Assembly (NCBI RefSeq): GCF_002608075.1
Contig: NZ_LAHA01000035.1
Location: 14,453-77,333, forward strand
DNA: 62,881 nucleotides
Source: Nostoc linckia z4
GTDB lineage: Bacteria > Cyanobacteriota > Cyanobacteriia > Cyanobacteriales > Nostocaceae
Reading direction: 5' to 3'
In this document: piece by piece, positions 49,752 to 59,137 of the stretch
Position numbering within the stretch: position 1 is the stretch's first letter
Layout: the number at the start of each line of letters is the position of its first letter
Position numbers and translations under genes: made by a program
The notes under the pieces: generated by a model
Databases searched by the model: none
What the model was told of the DNA's origin: nothing
Seen by the model: the letters and a program-made list of their open reading frames with translations, nothing else

Positions 49752-50549
49752 TTACAAATGATTTTTAAACAATTCTAAAACATGTTGCCAAGCATCAGGA
49801 GCAGCTTCAGGATTGTAACTTGGATGTTGTTCCATAAATGGGTACTTATCTTTGAAAAATCCGGCGAAAAATCCGTGCCCGGCATCGTATCTAAATACAC
49901 GATGATTGATTTGATGTTTTTTTAATTCTGCTTCAATTTGTTCAGTTTCCTCCTGAGAAATAAATGTATCTCTTGTACCGAAAAAGGCATAAATAGTACC
50001 TTGAATTTGTGAAGTGCGATTAATAGTTGGAGTTTCTTCACCATAACTAGAAGTGGTAATTCCAGCACCGTAAAACGAAGCTGTAGCTTTGATATCCGGG
50101 AAAGTTGCAGCGATGTAAGCAACATGACCGCCAAAACAAAAACCAACGACACCAATGGCATCATGTTTAACATTGGGTAAAGTTTTTAAGTAGGCGATCG
50201 CCGCTTGAATATCACTTAAGATATCTTGATACTTTACTTGTTGATAGTATTCCAATCCCAGCCGATAGGCTTCTGGACTAAATCCAACATCTTCAGCACT
50301 AAGATCCGCTGCAAAACCAGGAGCAATCCGTTGATACATCGCGGGAGCTATTACTACATAACCTTGTTTAGCAATTAATTCAGTGATGTCTCGAATGTTA
50401 TTATTGATGCCAAAAATTTCTGGAAAAACGATAACGGCGGCAAAGGTTCCTTCATGTGCTGGTTGAGCTAAGTAAGCATCAATTTCTAAGTTATTGTTAG
50501 GTATTTTGACTTTTGCGGTGTTAATTTCGATGTTTGTGATTTCTACCAT
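49752..50549 (-). CDS. dienelactone hydrolase family protein
   Basis: 265 aa. Nucleophile elbow GFCFGG and C-terminal His (YDAGHGF). Confidence 0.8.
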   Translation of the reverse strand: MVEITNIEINTAKVKIPNNNLEIDAYLAQPAHEGTFAAVIVFPEIFGINNNIRDITELIAKQGYVVIAPAMYQRIAPGFAADLSAEDVGFSPEAYRLGLEYYQQVKYQDILSDIQAAIAYLKTLPNVKHDAIGVVGFCFGGHVAYIAATFPDIKATASFYGAGITTSSYGEETPTINRTSQIQGTIYAFFGTRDTFISQEETEQIEAELKKHQINHRVFRYDAGHGFFAGFFKDKYPFMEQHPSYNPEAAPDAWQHVLELFKNHL

Positions 50550-50948
50550 CTTTTTTCAGGTTATTTGATACCAACTTTTCTATTTTGGCTGTTTTTTGAC
50601 ACGGATGATAAACTGGCATTGCATTTAAGTCAGAAATGTTTTGGTGTTGATTGTTGACTGATGACGGTTGACTGTTGACAGTATGAGTGAGTGTATAATT
50701 TAAAAGTTTAATAATCTGCAACAAGCTAATTTTTTCCGTTTACACAGCAACCACAAGCTAGACGGTCGTATGATAAATCACACAACCAAGGCATGAAAAT
50801 ATTTATTTCTCAGTCAACAGTCAACATTGAATTTATAACTTTTGAATAGACAACATCTCGAACTTCTGGATGATACTAAGGGTTTTTGATTTGTGCGACC
50901 TTACAAAGGTAAGCATAAAGACTCAATATTAAGAAGCACAAAAAAACT

Positions 50949-51488
50949 ATGCCAGATCAAACATTTAGAGCAAACATACCAGAAGTTGACCCAACGGAGA
51001 TTGAAGATACTCGAACTGCCATCGCTGACGAACATCGTTCATTTTTAGAAAAAGTCATGGTGAAAGGTGGGTTTGCAGACATCTATGACGCCAGAGACTT
51101 TACCGAAGTTGTGTTTCGCGTCATGCGTGATTTGATGACAACAGAAGCAAGCGATCGCGTCGAGGGAGAACTGCATAAAGAAGCCGTATCTACCGATGAA
51201 AAAGCACTCCAGTTTGATATTGCCGATCTTTGGAAAGATACCAATCCAATTGTGGGATTTTTAAGCCGAGTTCGTCCACCCTGGCAAGGCCCTGGAATTT
51301 TCAAAATCGATTCCGATCGCTTTTTGTTCCGAGTTGCTAATGAAGGGGGCAAACCAGAAACAGTTGACCGAGAACAGGCAGTAAAAGCCGTATTTTCTGC
51401 CACCAAAGACGAACTTTCCCAAGAAAGAATTGAAGAAATTGCTAGTTGGCTACCTGACTATGTACGTCAGCTTTGGCAACAAGCTTAA
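50949..51488 (+). CDS. hypothetical protein (DUF2267-like?)
   Basis: 179-aa ORF with a clean start. Family assignment from memory only. Confidence 0.5.
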   Translation: MPDQTFRANIPEVDPTEIEDTRTAIADEHRSFLEKVMVKGGFADIYDARDFTEVVFRVMRDLMTTEASDRVEGELHKEAVSTDEKALQFDIADLWKDTNPIVGFLSRVRPPWQGPGIFKIDSDRFLFRVANEGGKPETVDREQAVKAVFSATKDELSQERIEEIASWLPDYVRQLWQQA

Positions 51489-51555
51489 TTACAAGTGTGA
51501 AAAAGTCAAGCCTGTTTGCAGTTGACGATAATTGCAAGCAGACTTTTTATATAAA

Positions 51556-51924
51556 TCACTCCGCAGACTTCACCGTTTGATTTGCCACCAAGCGTGGTTT
51601 CTTTCGTTCTGACTTACGCGTTCCACCAGCCATACCATATTCATCACTATTTTTGCCATAGCGAGACGCAACACTCAGCAGCATGTGTTCAGAATAATCA
51701 TTCAACACACGTTCAGCTTCTTCTAATGCATTCTGCGTTTTATCTATCATCGTTCGTGCTTGATTATGGGCGGCTAGCTTTTCTCGCAAATCCTGAATCA
51801 TAGTATTGTAACTAGTTATTGATAACCCATTACCAAAATCTAAGTCAGGCTTAATCGCCTGCATTCCTTCAACCCGTCGTTCAGCTTTCGTCAGTGCAAC
51901 TGAGTTTCGTCTGCGTTGCGGCAT
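51556..51924 (-). CDS. hypothetical coiled-coil protein (paralogue of 36699-37124)
   Basis: 122 aa. Colinear similarity to the 141-aa protein. Also preceded by a tandem repeat array. Confidence 0.65.
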   Translation of the reverse strand: MPQRRRNSVALTKAERRVEGMQAIKPDLDFGNGLSITSYNTMIQDLREKLAAHNQARTMIDKTQNALEEAERVLNDYSEHMLLSVASRYGKNSDEYGMAGGTRKSERKKPRLVANQTVKSAE

Positions 51925-52120
51925 AAAGTTTTCCTTTTTGGATTAATTTATAAAGAACGCTAATGTTCCTTGACACTGAGTTCTTTATATACCACTAAAT
52001 TACGCAATTAGCAGATGCACCAGCCTGAGTAAAGCTACATAATTTATAGAACATTCACAATACAGCATAAATACGGTTATATTTGCTGAAATTTTTGAAT
52101 ATTAAGGGATTTACGACTTG

Positions 52121-52294
52121 AAAACTTGATTTAGAAGTCCAAAACTTGATTTAGAAGTTCAAAACTTGATTTAGAAGTCCAAAACTTGATTTAGAAGTTC
52201 AAAACTTGATTTACAAGTCCAAAACTTGATTTACAAGTCCAAAACTTGATTTACAAGTCCAAAACTTGATTTACAAGTCCAAAACTTGATTTAC
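52121..52294. repeat. tandem repeat, 20-bp unit x ~8.7 (AAAACTTGATTTAGAAGTCC / ...TTACAAGTCC)
   Basis: Exact 20-bp periodicity. The first four units are of G type (alternating C/T at one position), the next four of C type. Confidence 0.92.
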
Positions 52295-52349
52295 CAGCAA
52301 GCTGTTGCACAGCACAGCCTAAATTAGGGATGCGATCGCGCTTATTTTC

Positions 52350-52685
52350 TCAGGCTACGCCATATTGCGTATATTGGCGCAAGTGTGATGGCTGTAGTCC
52401 TAAAACAATATCCTCTCTGGGTACTCCCATTTCAGTCAACTCTTGGGCAATTTGGATATCAGTCATATTACGCTGAATCCATATTTTTTCATCTTTAATA
52501 TCGAGATGTATCACACAATTATAAATGCGATCGTATCCATACCAGCCAATCTCTAAAATCTGGTAATGGTCTCGCGCTGTATCGAATATCAGTTGAATTT
52601 CAACATCTTCCTCTGAAGGTTGGTAACTGCTATATTTAGTTAATAACTTTTGAATATATTCACGATATTGGTCTAGCTTTGCCAT
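52350..52685 (-). CDS. xisI: XisI family protein
   Basis: 111 aa. Characteristic YREYIQKLL...DTARDHYQILEIGW...IHLDIKDEKIWIQ. Confidence 0.82.
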   Translation of the reverse strand: MAKLDQYREYIQKLLTKYSSYQPSEEDVEIQLIFDTARDHYQILEIGWYGYDRIYNCVIHLDIKDEKIWIQRNMTDIQIAQELTEMGVPREDIVLGLQPSHLRQYTQYGVA

Positions 52686-53089
52686 TGCACAATCACCTCA
52701 TCATTTGGATCGTAAACTATTAATTTAACTTGATATTCTTGTACTGAACTTTGGGCAAAGTCCCGGCTAAATAGCGATCTATACGTTGACAGTGGAACTG
52801 CTAGGAACAAAACTCTCTCAGGTTCTCTGAGTCGCAAAGCTAATCGATAATTGAGAAACTGCCCCAAAGCCGCATGGTAGTCAAAAAGTTCTGAATCCCC
52901 TAAAAAACTTTTGATTTCAACAGCAATTTTCTCTGTTCCTCGCTCAGCTGCTAAGATTTGTTCCGCACCTAAATCGATTGACATTTTATCTTTGCCAAAC
53001 TTAACCACTAGCGGATCGTGCGTAATAATCCACCCTTCTTTTTCTAGTCCCCGTTTAACGGCTTCATGAAAAATGTCTTTTGCAGACAC
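52673..53089 (-). CDS. xisH: XisH family protein
   Basis: 138 aa. Characteristic MSAKDIFHEAVKRGLEKEGWIITHDPL...AVEIKSF. Overlaps xisI by 13 nt. Confidence 0.82.
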   Translation of the reverse strand: MSAKDIFHEAVKRGLEKEGWIITHDPLVVKFGKDKMSIDLGAEQILAAERGTEKIAVEIKSFLGDSELFDYHAALGQFLNYRLALRLREPERVLFLAVPLSTYRSLFSRDFAQSSVQEYQVKLIVYDPNDEVIVQWQS

Positions 53090-53309
53090 GGACAGAACCA
53101 GAACCCAATAACCTTATGATACCGAACTATGATTATGCTGCATTGCACTTTGCGATAAATATAGGAGGAATGCGATCGCCTGCTGATACAATGAAGGTGC
53201 GTTGCCCTTTGCGACAACGCACCCTACATTAGAGATGCGATATTATAATTTGATTTCCTGTCTTATTAGAATTACCTCAAGATTCAGGATTGCTATATCG
53301 TTTACATTA

Positions 53310-54332
53310 TCATTCCAAAACTGTAGATGATGAGGATTTAGATACTTGAGTCATTTGATACTCGATCTGCGTAATTGCAGACATTATACTGTATTCATGC
53401 CCTTCTAATAGAGCATTTTTAATCTCTCTAACTTGCTCTAGGAGAGCTTTTCTAAGATATGGCTTTTGTTTAGATACGTAAGAATGATGACTCCAAATAT
53501 CAGAACCAATGATAAGAAATCCTGCTATCCAACCAGCAGCACACTTCGCTGCAAATGATGTTATTGCCTTGCCTAATCCTGCTTTAAGAGCAGTTTTACA
53601 GCCTAACTTCGCTAAAATTTTAGTGGCTTGTTTGCCGACATAAGCAATAAATTCTGTAGAAGATAATGTCATTTTCATGCCATATACTGCGCCTGTTATT
53701 GCCATGTCCTTTCCCCCCTTTTCAATCCAATATGCGATGTTACTAAACTGATAAATAATTCCCCCTTTTTCATAAGTTATCTTGCTGAGTTCCATGCTTA
53801 ATTCCTGAAACTCAACATTAGAAAGTTCATACTTGCATTGAATTTCCATAAAACCTTTTGCTAGTTCTACTGCATAAACATCAACCGTCTGTGTGAGTAT
53901 ATTCTGCATTTTTCTTTCCATCTGAGTAGGTGATAAAATATATACTTCAATCTTTTGTGCAACTTCTGTCTGTAGTGACTCTTTAGAAATAAGAGACATT
54001 AGACCTATTTTCTTTTGATAAAAATAATCAAAATATTCTTCCATGAAAACTTCTATATTTGGTTGCAGAGATTGAATCCACTCTTCTAAATGCTTATCTG
54101 CAAAGTCCTTGGCTTTAATTTTTGATTTCTCAAAAACAGCTAAAATTTCTTCAAGGAATTTCTCGCGGCTAAAATGTCTGTTAACTCTGTGCTTTTTATT
54201 TGAACCGCCAGGATTGTCTGACAAACTATATCGAGCAGTAAACAAGTAGATAAAGCACCAAAATATCAATAACATGGCTGTACCATAGCCTAGTACACTG
54301 CCGAAGGAATCAAGAAAATGGGAAAGCATCAC
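53310..54332 (-). CDS. hypothetical membrane protein
   Basis: 340 aa. N-terminal TM (GYGTAMLLIFWCFIYLF) and C-proximal hydrophobic segment (CAAGWIAGFLIIG). AT-rich. Confidence 0.55.
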   Translation of the reverse strand: MMLSHFLDSFGSVLGYGTAMLLIFWCFIYLFTARYSLSDNPGGSNKKHRVNRHFSREKFLEEILAVFEKSKIKAKDFADKHLEEWIQSLQPNIEVFMEEYFDYFYQKKIGLMSLISKESLQTEVAQKIEVYILSPTQMERKMQNILTQTVDVYAVELAKGFMEIQCKYELSNVEFQELSMELSKITYEKGGIIYQFSNIAYWIEKGGKDMAITGAVYGMKMTLSSTEFIAYVGKQATKILAKLGCKTALKAGLGKAITSFAAKCAAGWIAGFLIIGSDIWSHHSYVSKQKPYLRKALLEQVREIKNALLEGHEYSIMSAITQIEYQMTQVSKSSSSTVLE

Positions 54333-54527
54333 TTACTCGTAATGAATTACGCAGATAGCTTACCAAAACACTGATTTCGGAAGTTTCGGGAGAAAGGTAG
54401 TCCGCACTCAACTACTCCTACAAGGATTTCCAGACCTCAAGAACAAAAAATCCTTAGGTTCTCATGAGGTTTTTTCGTAAATTTTTTGTAAATTTTTTAT
54501 AAATTTTTATTAAAAATGGGGGCTAGG

Positions 54528-56225
54528 TTAATCTTGAAGGAAACGTAACAAGTCTGAATTTTGTAAAAAGTAACTAAAACTAGGATGATATAACCTATAG
54601 TGCAACTTTCCGTCCACTTCTTGTTTATATAGAAACTGTTTCCACTCCTCTAGTATTAACTGAAGTTCATATTGAGATTCAAATAAAGAAACCATATCAG
54701 TGAAAGATATTAGGCTAACATGACCTGAACTAGCATTAGCTAACTTACGAAGAAGCCGCTTGTGTCTGATATCACTTTTGTGATTAATATTCATACGGCG
54801 TAAATGACTCTCGTAATACCCTCTCAAACCTTCTGGAAGATTATCAAGACTATCCAAGTTTTTATAAACGCCTCGCTCAATATCTACTAATACATTTTTT
54901 AAATACCTAAAGTTTCTTTGACTTTTAAGTGTAAGAGTTTCAATAAGTTTTTCTTCACTTTCAAAAAGTCTTTCTTCACTACATGTTTTATCATCTTGTG
55001 AAGTGCGAAGCTTTTCTCTTCTGTCTAAATACTTTTTGATATATGTTCTACAATCTTCCTTCCATGTGTCACCAATAAGGCAGCTAATATCTTCTATCAT
55101 TAAAGGCACTTCAATTTCTAAGAAAATATTTTTTGGACGCTGAGACATAAAGAAAAAAATACCTTCTGGAAGATATTCCGGCAATTTTAGTATATTTTCT
55201 GACTCGTTGCTTAAATATACTTCGTCCAAAGCATCTATGACAATAACTAACTGTGACTTGTGCTTATGTAAAACTTTTTTACTTATCTCCTCAAGTAAAC
55301 TATTAAGTAGCGAAATATCAACATTTTCTAACTTTTCTTTAAAATGTCTTAGTTGATCATAATATTTATGATATAATTGGTTACAAATACTTTCTAGAAA
55401 ATCATAAATCTGGTTAAGTCCTTGGGGTTGCTGTACAAAAAAACAGGGACATTTATTTTCTAATACATACTTAGCTAGTATTGCTGTTTTTCCAACTCCA
55501 GGATCGCCCTGCAATATAAAATATCCTTGTGAATGATCTTTTTGAAATTTTTTAAATCTCTCAATAATATCTTTTCTTTCAATAAAATCTTCTGGATCTG
55601 TATGGTACTTAATTAAAGTCTGAAATTCTAAAGGAGGTTCAAATATATTGCTATTAATAAAGGAATTTGAATTGCCAAAAAATTCATTTTCATAACGTTC
55701 TTTTAGGGATTTAATAGTTTCATCGTTACTTTCGCTGATAACAATATTGTTGACAGTAAATCTCCAATCTTTAGACCCCTGCCTTGTAGATTTATGGCGA
55801 TCATCTTTTAGAAGTTTGTGTTCATCTGCATCCTTTATTACGTCTCCAAGTGATTTAATTACAGTTTCCTTTTGAAAATCGTTGGATATATCAGGATAAT
55901 TTTTACAAAAATCCTGTGATTCTTGTGAGCATATTGAATTTTTTACATACGAATTAACTAGATTTTCTAAATTTTTTAGAGTGCAACAAACTTCAATAGT
56001 TTTATTCCTTATATCATCACTAATGTTTCCCTTGAAATCCGGATATGGTTTATTTTCATCCTCACCTTGATTGCGAATGTAGTCTTTTAATGCCATAATA
56101 AGTAAAATAGCCCGTTGCATTTTTTTGTTACTAATTTTTCTGTCTTCTTTCGATGCGTTCATATTTGATAATATATATAAATAAGAGTTTGCACATTTTT
56201 TAGGTAAGTATATATAAATATACAT
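54528..56225 (-). CDS. STAND/NACHT-like P-loop NTPase with unknown N-terminal domain
   Basis: Walker A GDPGVGKTAILAKY, Walker B LVIVIDALDEV. Likely start at Met 56162 (MNASKEDRK). AT-rich, no HIP1 seen by eye. Confidence 0.7.
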   Translation of the reverse strand: MYIYIYLPKKCANSYLYILSNMNASKEDRKISNKKMQRAILLIMALKDYIRNQGEDENKPYPDFKGNISDDIRNKTIEVCCTLKNLENLVNSYVKNSICSQESQDFCKNYPDISNDFQKETVIKSLGDVIKDADEHKLLKDDRHKSTRQGSKDWRFTVNNIVISESNDETIKSLKERYENEFFGNSNSFINSNIFEPPLEFQTLIKYHTDPEDFIERKDIIERFKKFQKDHSQGYFILQGDPGVGKTAILAKYVLENKCPCFFVQQPQGLNQIYDFLESICNQLYHKYYDQLRHFKEKLENVDISLLNSLLEEISKKVLHKHKSQLVIVIDALDEVYLSNESENILKLPEYLPEGIFFFMSQRPKNIFLEIEVPLMIEDISCLIGDTWKEDCRTYIKKYLDRREKLRTSQDDKTCSEERLFESEEKLIETLTLKSQRNFRYLKNVLVDIERGVYKNLDSLDNLPEGLRGYYESHLRRMNINHKSDIRHKRLLRKLANASSGHVSLISFTDMVSLFESQYELQLILEEWKQFLYKQEVDGKLHYRLYHPSFSYFLQNSDLLRFLQD

Positions 56226-56381
56226 AAAAAATTATTATACATTTAGTCTTTGAATAAACTCTTTGCTTTATATTTACTTTACAAATAAAATTCAACAGGT
56301 TTATCAATGATTATTTTAGAACGAGTTTTTTACCTGACGGGGCAATAAGCACCTCAGAATCCTTATCATGTATAAATTTAA

Positions 56382-56600
56382 CTATATGAACTGATTGCGT
56401 GTTATTGTCGCATCTGTGATGCTAATACTTCCACTGCGCGATCGCCTCGTAATTGCTGCTATAATTTCCACACCAGTTATTGCAGCAATAAATACCTCAT
56501 TGTTGAGAGTTGGATCGAATAAGCCTAACACCCAAGCAGATCCAGTTTCACTTATATAACGCTTAACTAATGCGCTACTATCTATGAAGTATCTTGCCAT
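56382..56600 (-). pseudogene. vapC: truncated PIN-domain toxin vapC (N-terminal half only)
   Basis: 72 aa (MARYFIDSSALVKRY...AAITGVEI...). Stops after ~half of a normal ~135-aa PIN domain, and no continuation is seen downstream. Confidence 0.6.
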
Positions 56601-56873
56601 TTAACGGCGTTCCTCAATGATAGTTTCAGAGACAGGCTTTCCCTCGACCTGAATTAGTCTTCGTTCAGCTATTGGTTCGTAAGCAAAATGCTTAATTTGC
56701 TTTACTAAGCCAGAATCGATTAAAGCTTGGTGAAATGCTGTTTGCTTAAGATTTTCCTCTTTAACAGCAAGATACTTTTGAATTGTTTGGCTAAGTTGTT
56801 GAAGCTCTGTTGTTTCCAGTGTCTCAAGTTGCTTAAGTATTTGGTTTAAGGTTTCTAGTGCCATACCTTTCAA
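56601..56873 (-). CDS. antitoxin partner of truncated VapC
   Basis: 90-aa ORF abutting the vapC fragment start. Confidence 0.5.
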   Translation of the reverse strand: MKGMALETLNQILKQLETLETTELQQLSQTIQKYLAVKEENLKQTAFHQALIDSGLVKQIKHFAYEPIAERRLIQVEGKPVSETIIEERR

Positions 56874-57049
56874 ATAATTATTGCTTTTATAGAGTTTTTT
56901 GCTTAACAGTTGAATTTAATAAATCTAAAATTTAGATACACTTAGCTCGAATATCTAACAAAGTGGAAACCTATACAGATGAGTTACTATAAGCTTATAT
57001 TAGTAGTAAATTTGACAATTGAACACACTACACAAAATTTTTTAACAAT

Positions 57050-58351
57050 TCAACTTCGCTTATAAACGATTTCCATTTTCAACTTCTCAACCTCTAATCT
57101 CAACTTTTCATTTTCCATTCTCAATTTAGCATTTTCTTCCCTAATTAACTCAACTTCATTCCTCTTACTCAACGCCTGATTCATTGCTAACTTTCGCATA
57201 TCTAGCGAAAACCATCGCTGATAAGTTTGCGTGTGAACTTGGACGCTATGACCTAGATTATCTGCTGCTGCTTTAATTGGAATTCCTAAAATATGCGCTC
57301 GAATTGCCCAAGCGTGGCGTAAATCATAAGGCTTAAAATCTAAGCCGATTTTACGAAACCACCAACTGACTCGTTGTGTTAATGCCGTGATTTCTGCATA
57401 ATTAGTATTATCTTTTTTACTAATTGCCGTTGCCAGCATTTCTAAATATTTGGGATTCCTTAAATCAAATTCCTCAATCCATTGTTTATATAAAGGTAAA
57501 GCTTCTCTCTCGCCAGTCTTACAATCTTTATGAACCTTCCAGGTTAAATCCAAATTTTCTTGACTTAACCACCAATCGATGTCAGGATTAATAAAAAGCT
57601 CGCGCGGTCGTAAACCGAAAACTGCTAACATTCCATAAGTCCAGCGCCAAAGCTGCCAGCTATCTTGGACATTTTGGTTAACTTGATTGCCTCTGGTATT
57701 TAAGTATTGTTCAAACTTGCCAATCCCCTCAGCTATTTCTGCATCAGTCGGTATATTGCGGGAATTATTCTCTGGCATTTTGGAGTATTTTGATAAATCG
57801 ATTTCGATTTTGAACGTCTGACAAAATACAGCGATCGCTCTTGCTGCATTATACTTAGACCATTCCTTATCGATTCTTTCAATCGCATTTATCAAATTCT
57901 CAGAAGTCGCCAAATCAGCAGGATTAGTAAATCGCTTAGTTCGGGAAATATAATAAAAAAAAGTATGTTCGCTTTTAGTCGTCCGTTTGTGAGTTTTAAA
58001 ATATTCATCTTCAAATTTTTCCAGCAATTCGCCAATTGTTTTACAATCTTTTTTAATTGCCTCATTGCCTAAATATTTTTCATTCCATGCAAAAGTTTTA
58101 CGAGCAATTAACTTTCCTAACTCATAAGCTTCTTCCTCAGCCGTTTTTAACCCATCCAAATTAGCAGGAATATTCAAGCTGAGATTGTATTGCTTTCTAC
58201 CAGTGCCATTTTTATCCTTGTCCCCAGGTTTAATCGGTAACGTAGCGCGTAATTGCAGACTTCCATTAGATTCTCGAATTGTTACCTTAGTCTTTGCAGA
58301 CTTCAAACGCAGATTTACCGTCTCTAATTCCAGTAATACTTTTGATTTCAT
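57050..58351 (-). CDS. xisA: nifD-element site-specific tyrosine recombinase XisA
   Basis: 433 aa. Integrase motifs RPRELF, YDLRHAWAIRA, LGHSVQVHTQTYQRW. N-terminus (NGSLQLRATLP) resembles Anabaena XisA. Located at the inner right border of the element. Confidence 0.9.
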   Translation of the reverse strand: MKSKVLLELETVNLRLKSAKTKVTIRESNGSLQLRATLPIKPGDKDKNGTGRKQYNLSLNIPANLDGLKTAEEEAYELGKLIARKTFAWNEKYLGNEAIKKDCKTIGELLEKFEDEYFKTHKRTTKSEHTFFYYISRTKRFTNPADLATSENLINAIERIDKEWSKYNAARAIAVFCQTFKIEIDLSKYSKMPENNSRNIPTDAEIAEGIGKFEQYLNTRGNQVNQNVQDSWQLWRWTYGMLAVFGLRPRELFINPDIDWWLSQENLDLTWKVHKDCKTGEREALPLYKQWIEEFDLRNPKYLEMLATAISKKDNTNYAEITALTQRVSWWFRKIGLDFKPYDLRHAWAIRAHILGIPIKAAADNLGHSVQVHTQTYQRWFSLDMRKLAMNQALSKRNEVELIREENAKLRMENEKLRLEVEKLKMEIVYKRS

Positions 58352-58704
58352 GTGTTCTGTTTACAGCTTTGCAGACTTGAAGCGAAATAATTCGTAATTT
58401 AAGACTCTTGATTGCGGGCATTGCTGAATTCTTACTCTCTGCGACTCTCTCTTGAAAAGTTCAGATGCCTGCGGCAAGCCCCTTCGGGTCTACGCCGGAA
58501 GCCGGCGCTCCGACTTTTCGCTGCGTCTGTGCGTGAGTAAACTCATATTTTAAATCAGCAACACATAATTACAAATTACGAACTACGAATTCTCCTTTAG
58601 CCTATATTTAGTCTAAAAATAAATGCGTTCTCAACGAACAATGTTTAATTCTGACATTGCTCATTGCAAACATTAACCCCTCTAAAAAAATAAAAGCATT
58701 AAAA

Positions 58705-58715
58705 GGATTACTCCG
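58705..58715 (+). repeat. right 11-bp recombination core GGATTACTCCG
   Basis: Identical to 26206-26216. Confidence 0.9.
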
Positions 58716-58855
58716 GCCCTTATCACGGTTATGATGGCTTTGCTATCTTCGCTCGCGATATGGATTTGGCACTCAACAGCCCAACCTGGGGATTAATTGG
58801 CGCTCCCTGGAGCAAAAAAGCTGAAGCTAAAACCAAAGCTAAAGCAACCGCCTAA
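58716..58855 (+). CDS. nifD: nifD 3' segment (C-terminal 46 codons plus stop)
   Basis: In frame after the repeat: [46 protein letters not shown]. No start codon of its own. Confidence 0.9.
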
Positions 58856-59137
58856 AAAAACGAGAGAGACATAAGTATCTGGGGTTAATACCCCAGGAGG
58901 GAGTCGGGAATTCAAAATTCAAAATTAAAAATTCAAAATGATGTGTTTTGCTTTTTGCATTTTGAGTTTTGAGTTACATTTCCACTCCCTACGAAGAAGT
59001 AAAAAGTAAAAAGGCAAAAGGCAAAAGAGGTTCGATTAAGTTTTTCTTCTCTTTTTACTTTTTACTTTTACCTTTTAACTTACTAGTTCTGCCGATTCCT
59101 CCATTAGTAATTAACTCAGCAAGCTTGGAGATCAGAA

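Larger units (their letters stand above)
26206..58715. mobile_element. nifD excision element (XisA-dependent developmental DNA element), 32,499 bp repeat-to-repeat
   Basis: Exact direct repeats GGATTACTCCG at 26206-26216 and 58705-58715. xisA lies at the inner right end. The nifD frame is restored on deletion. Confidence 0.9.
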
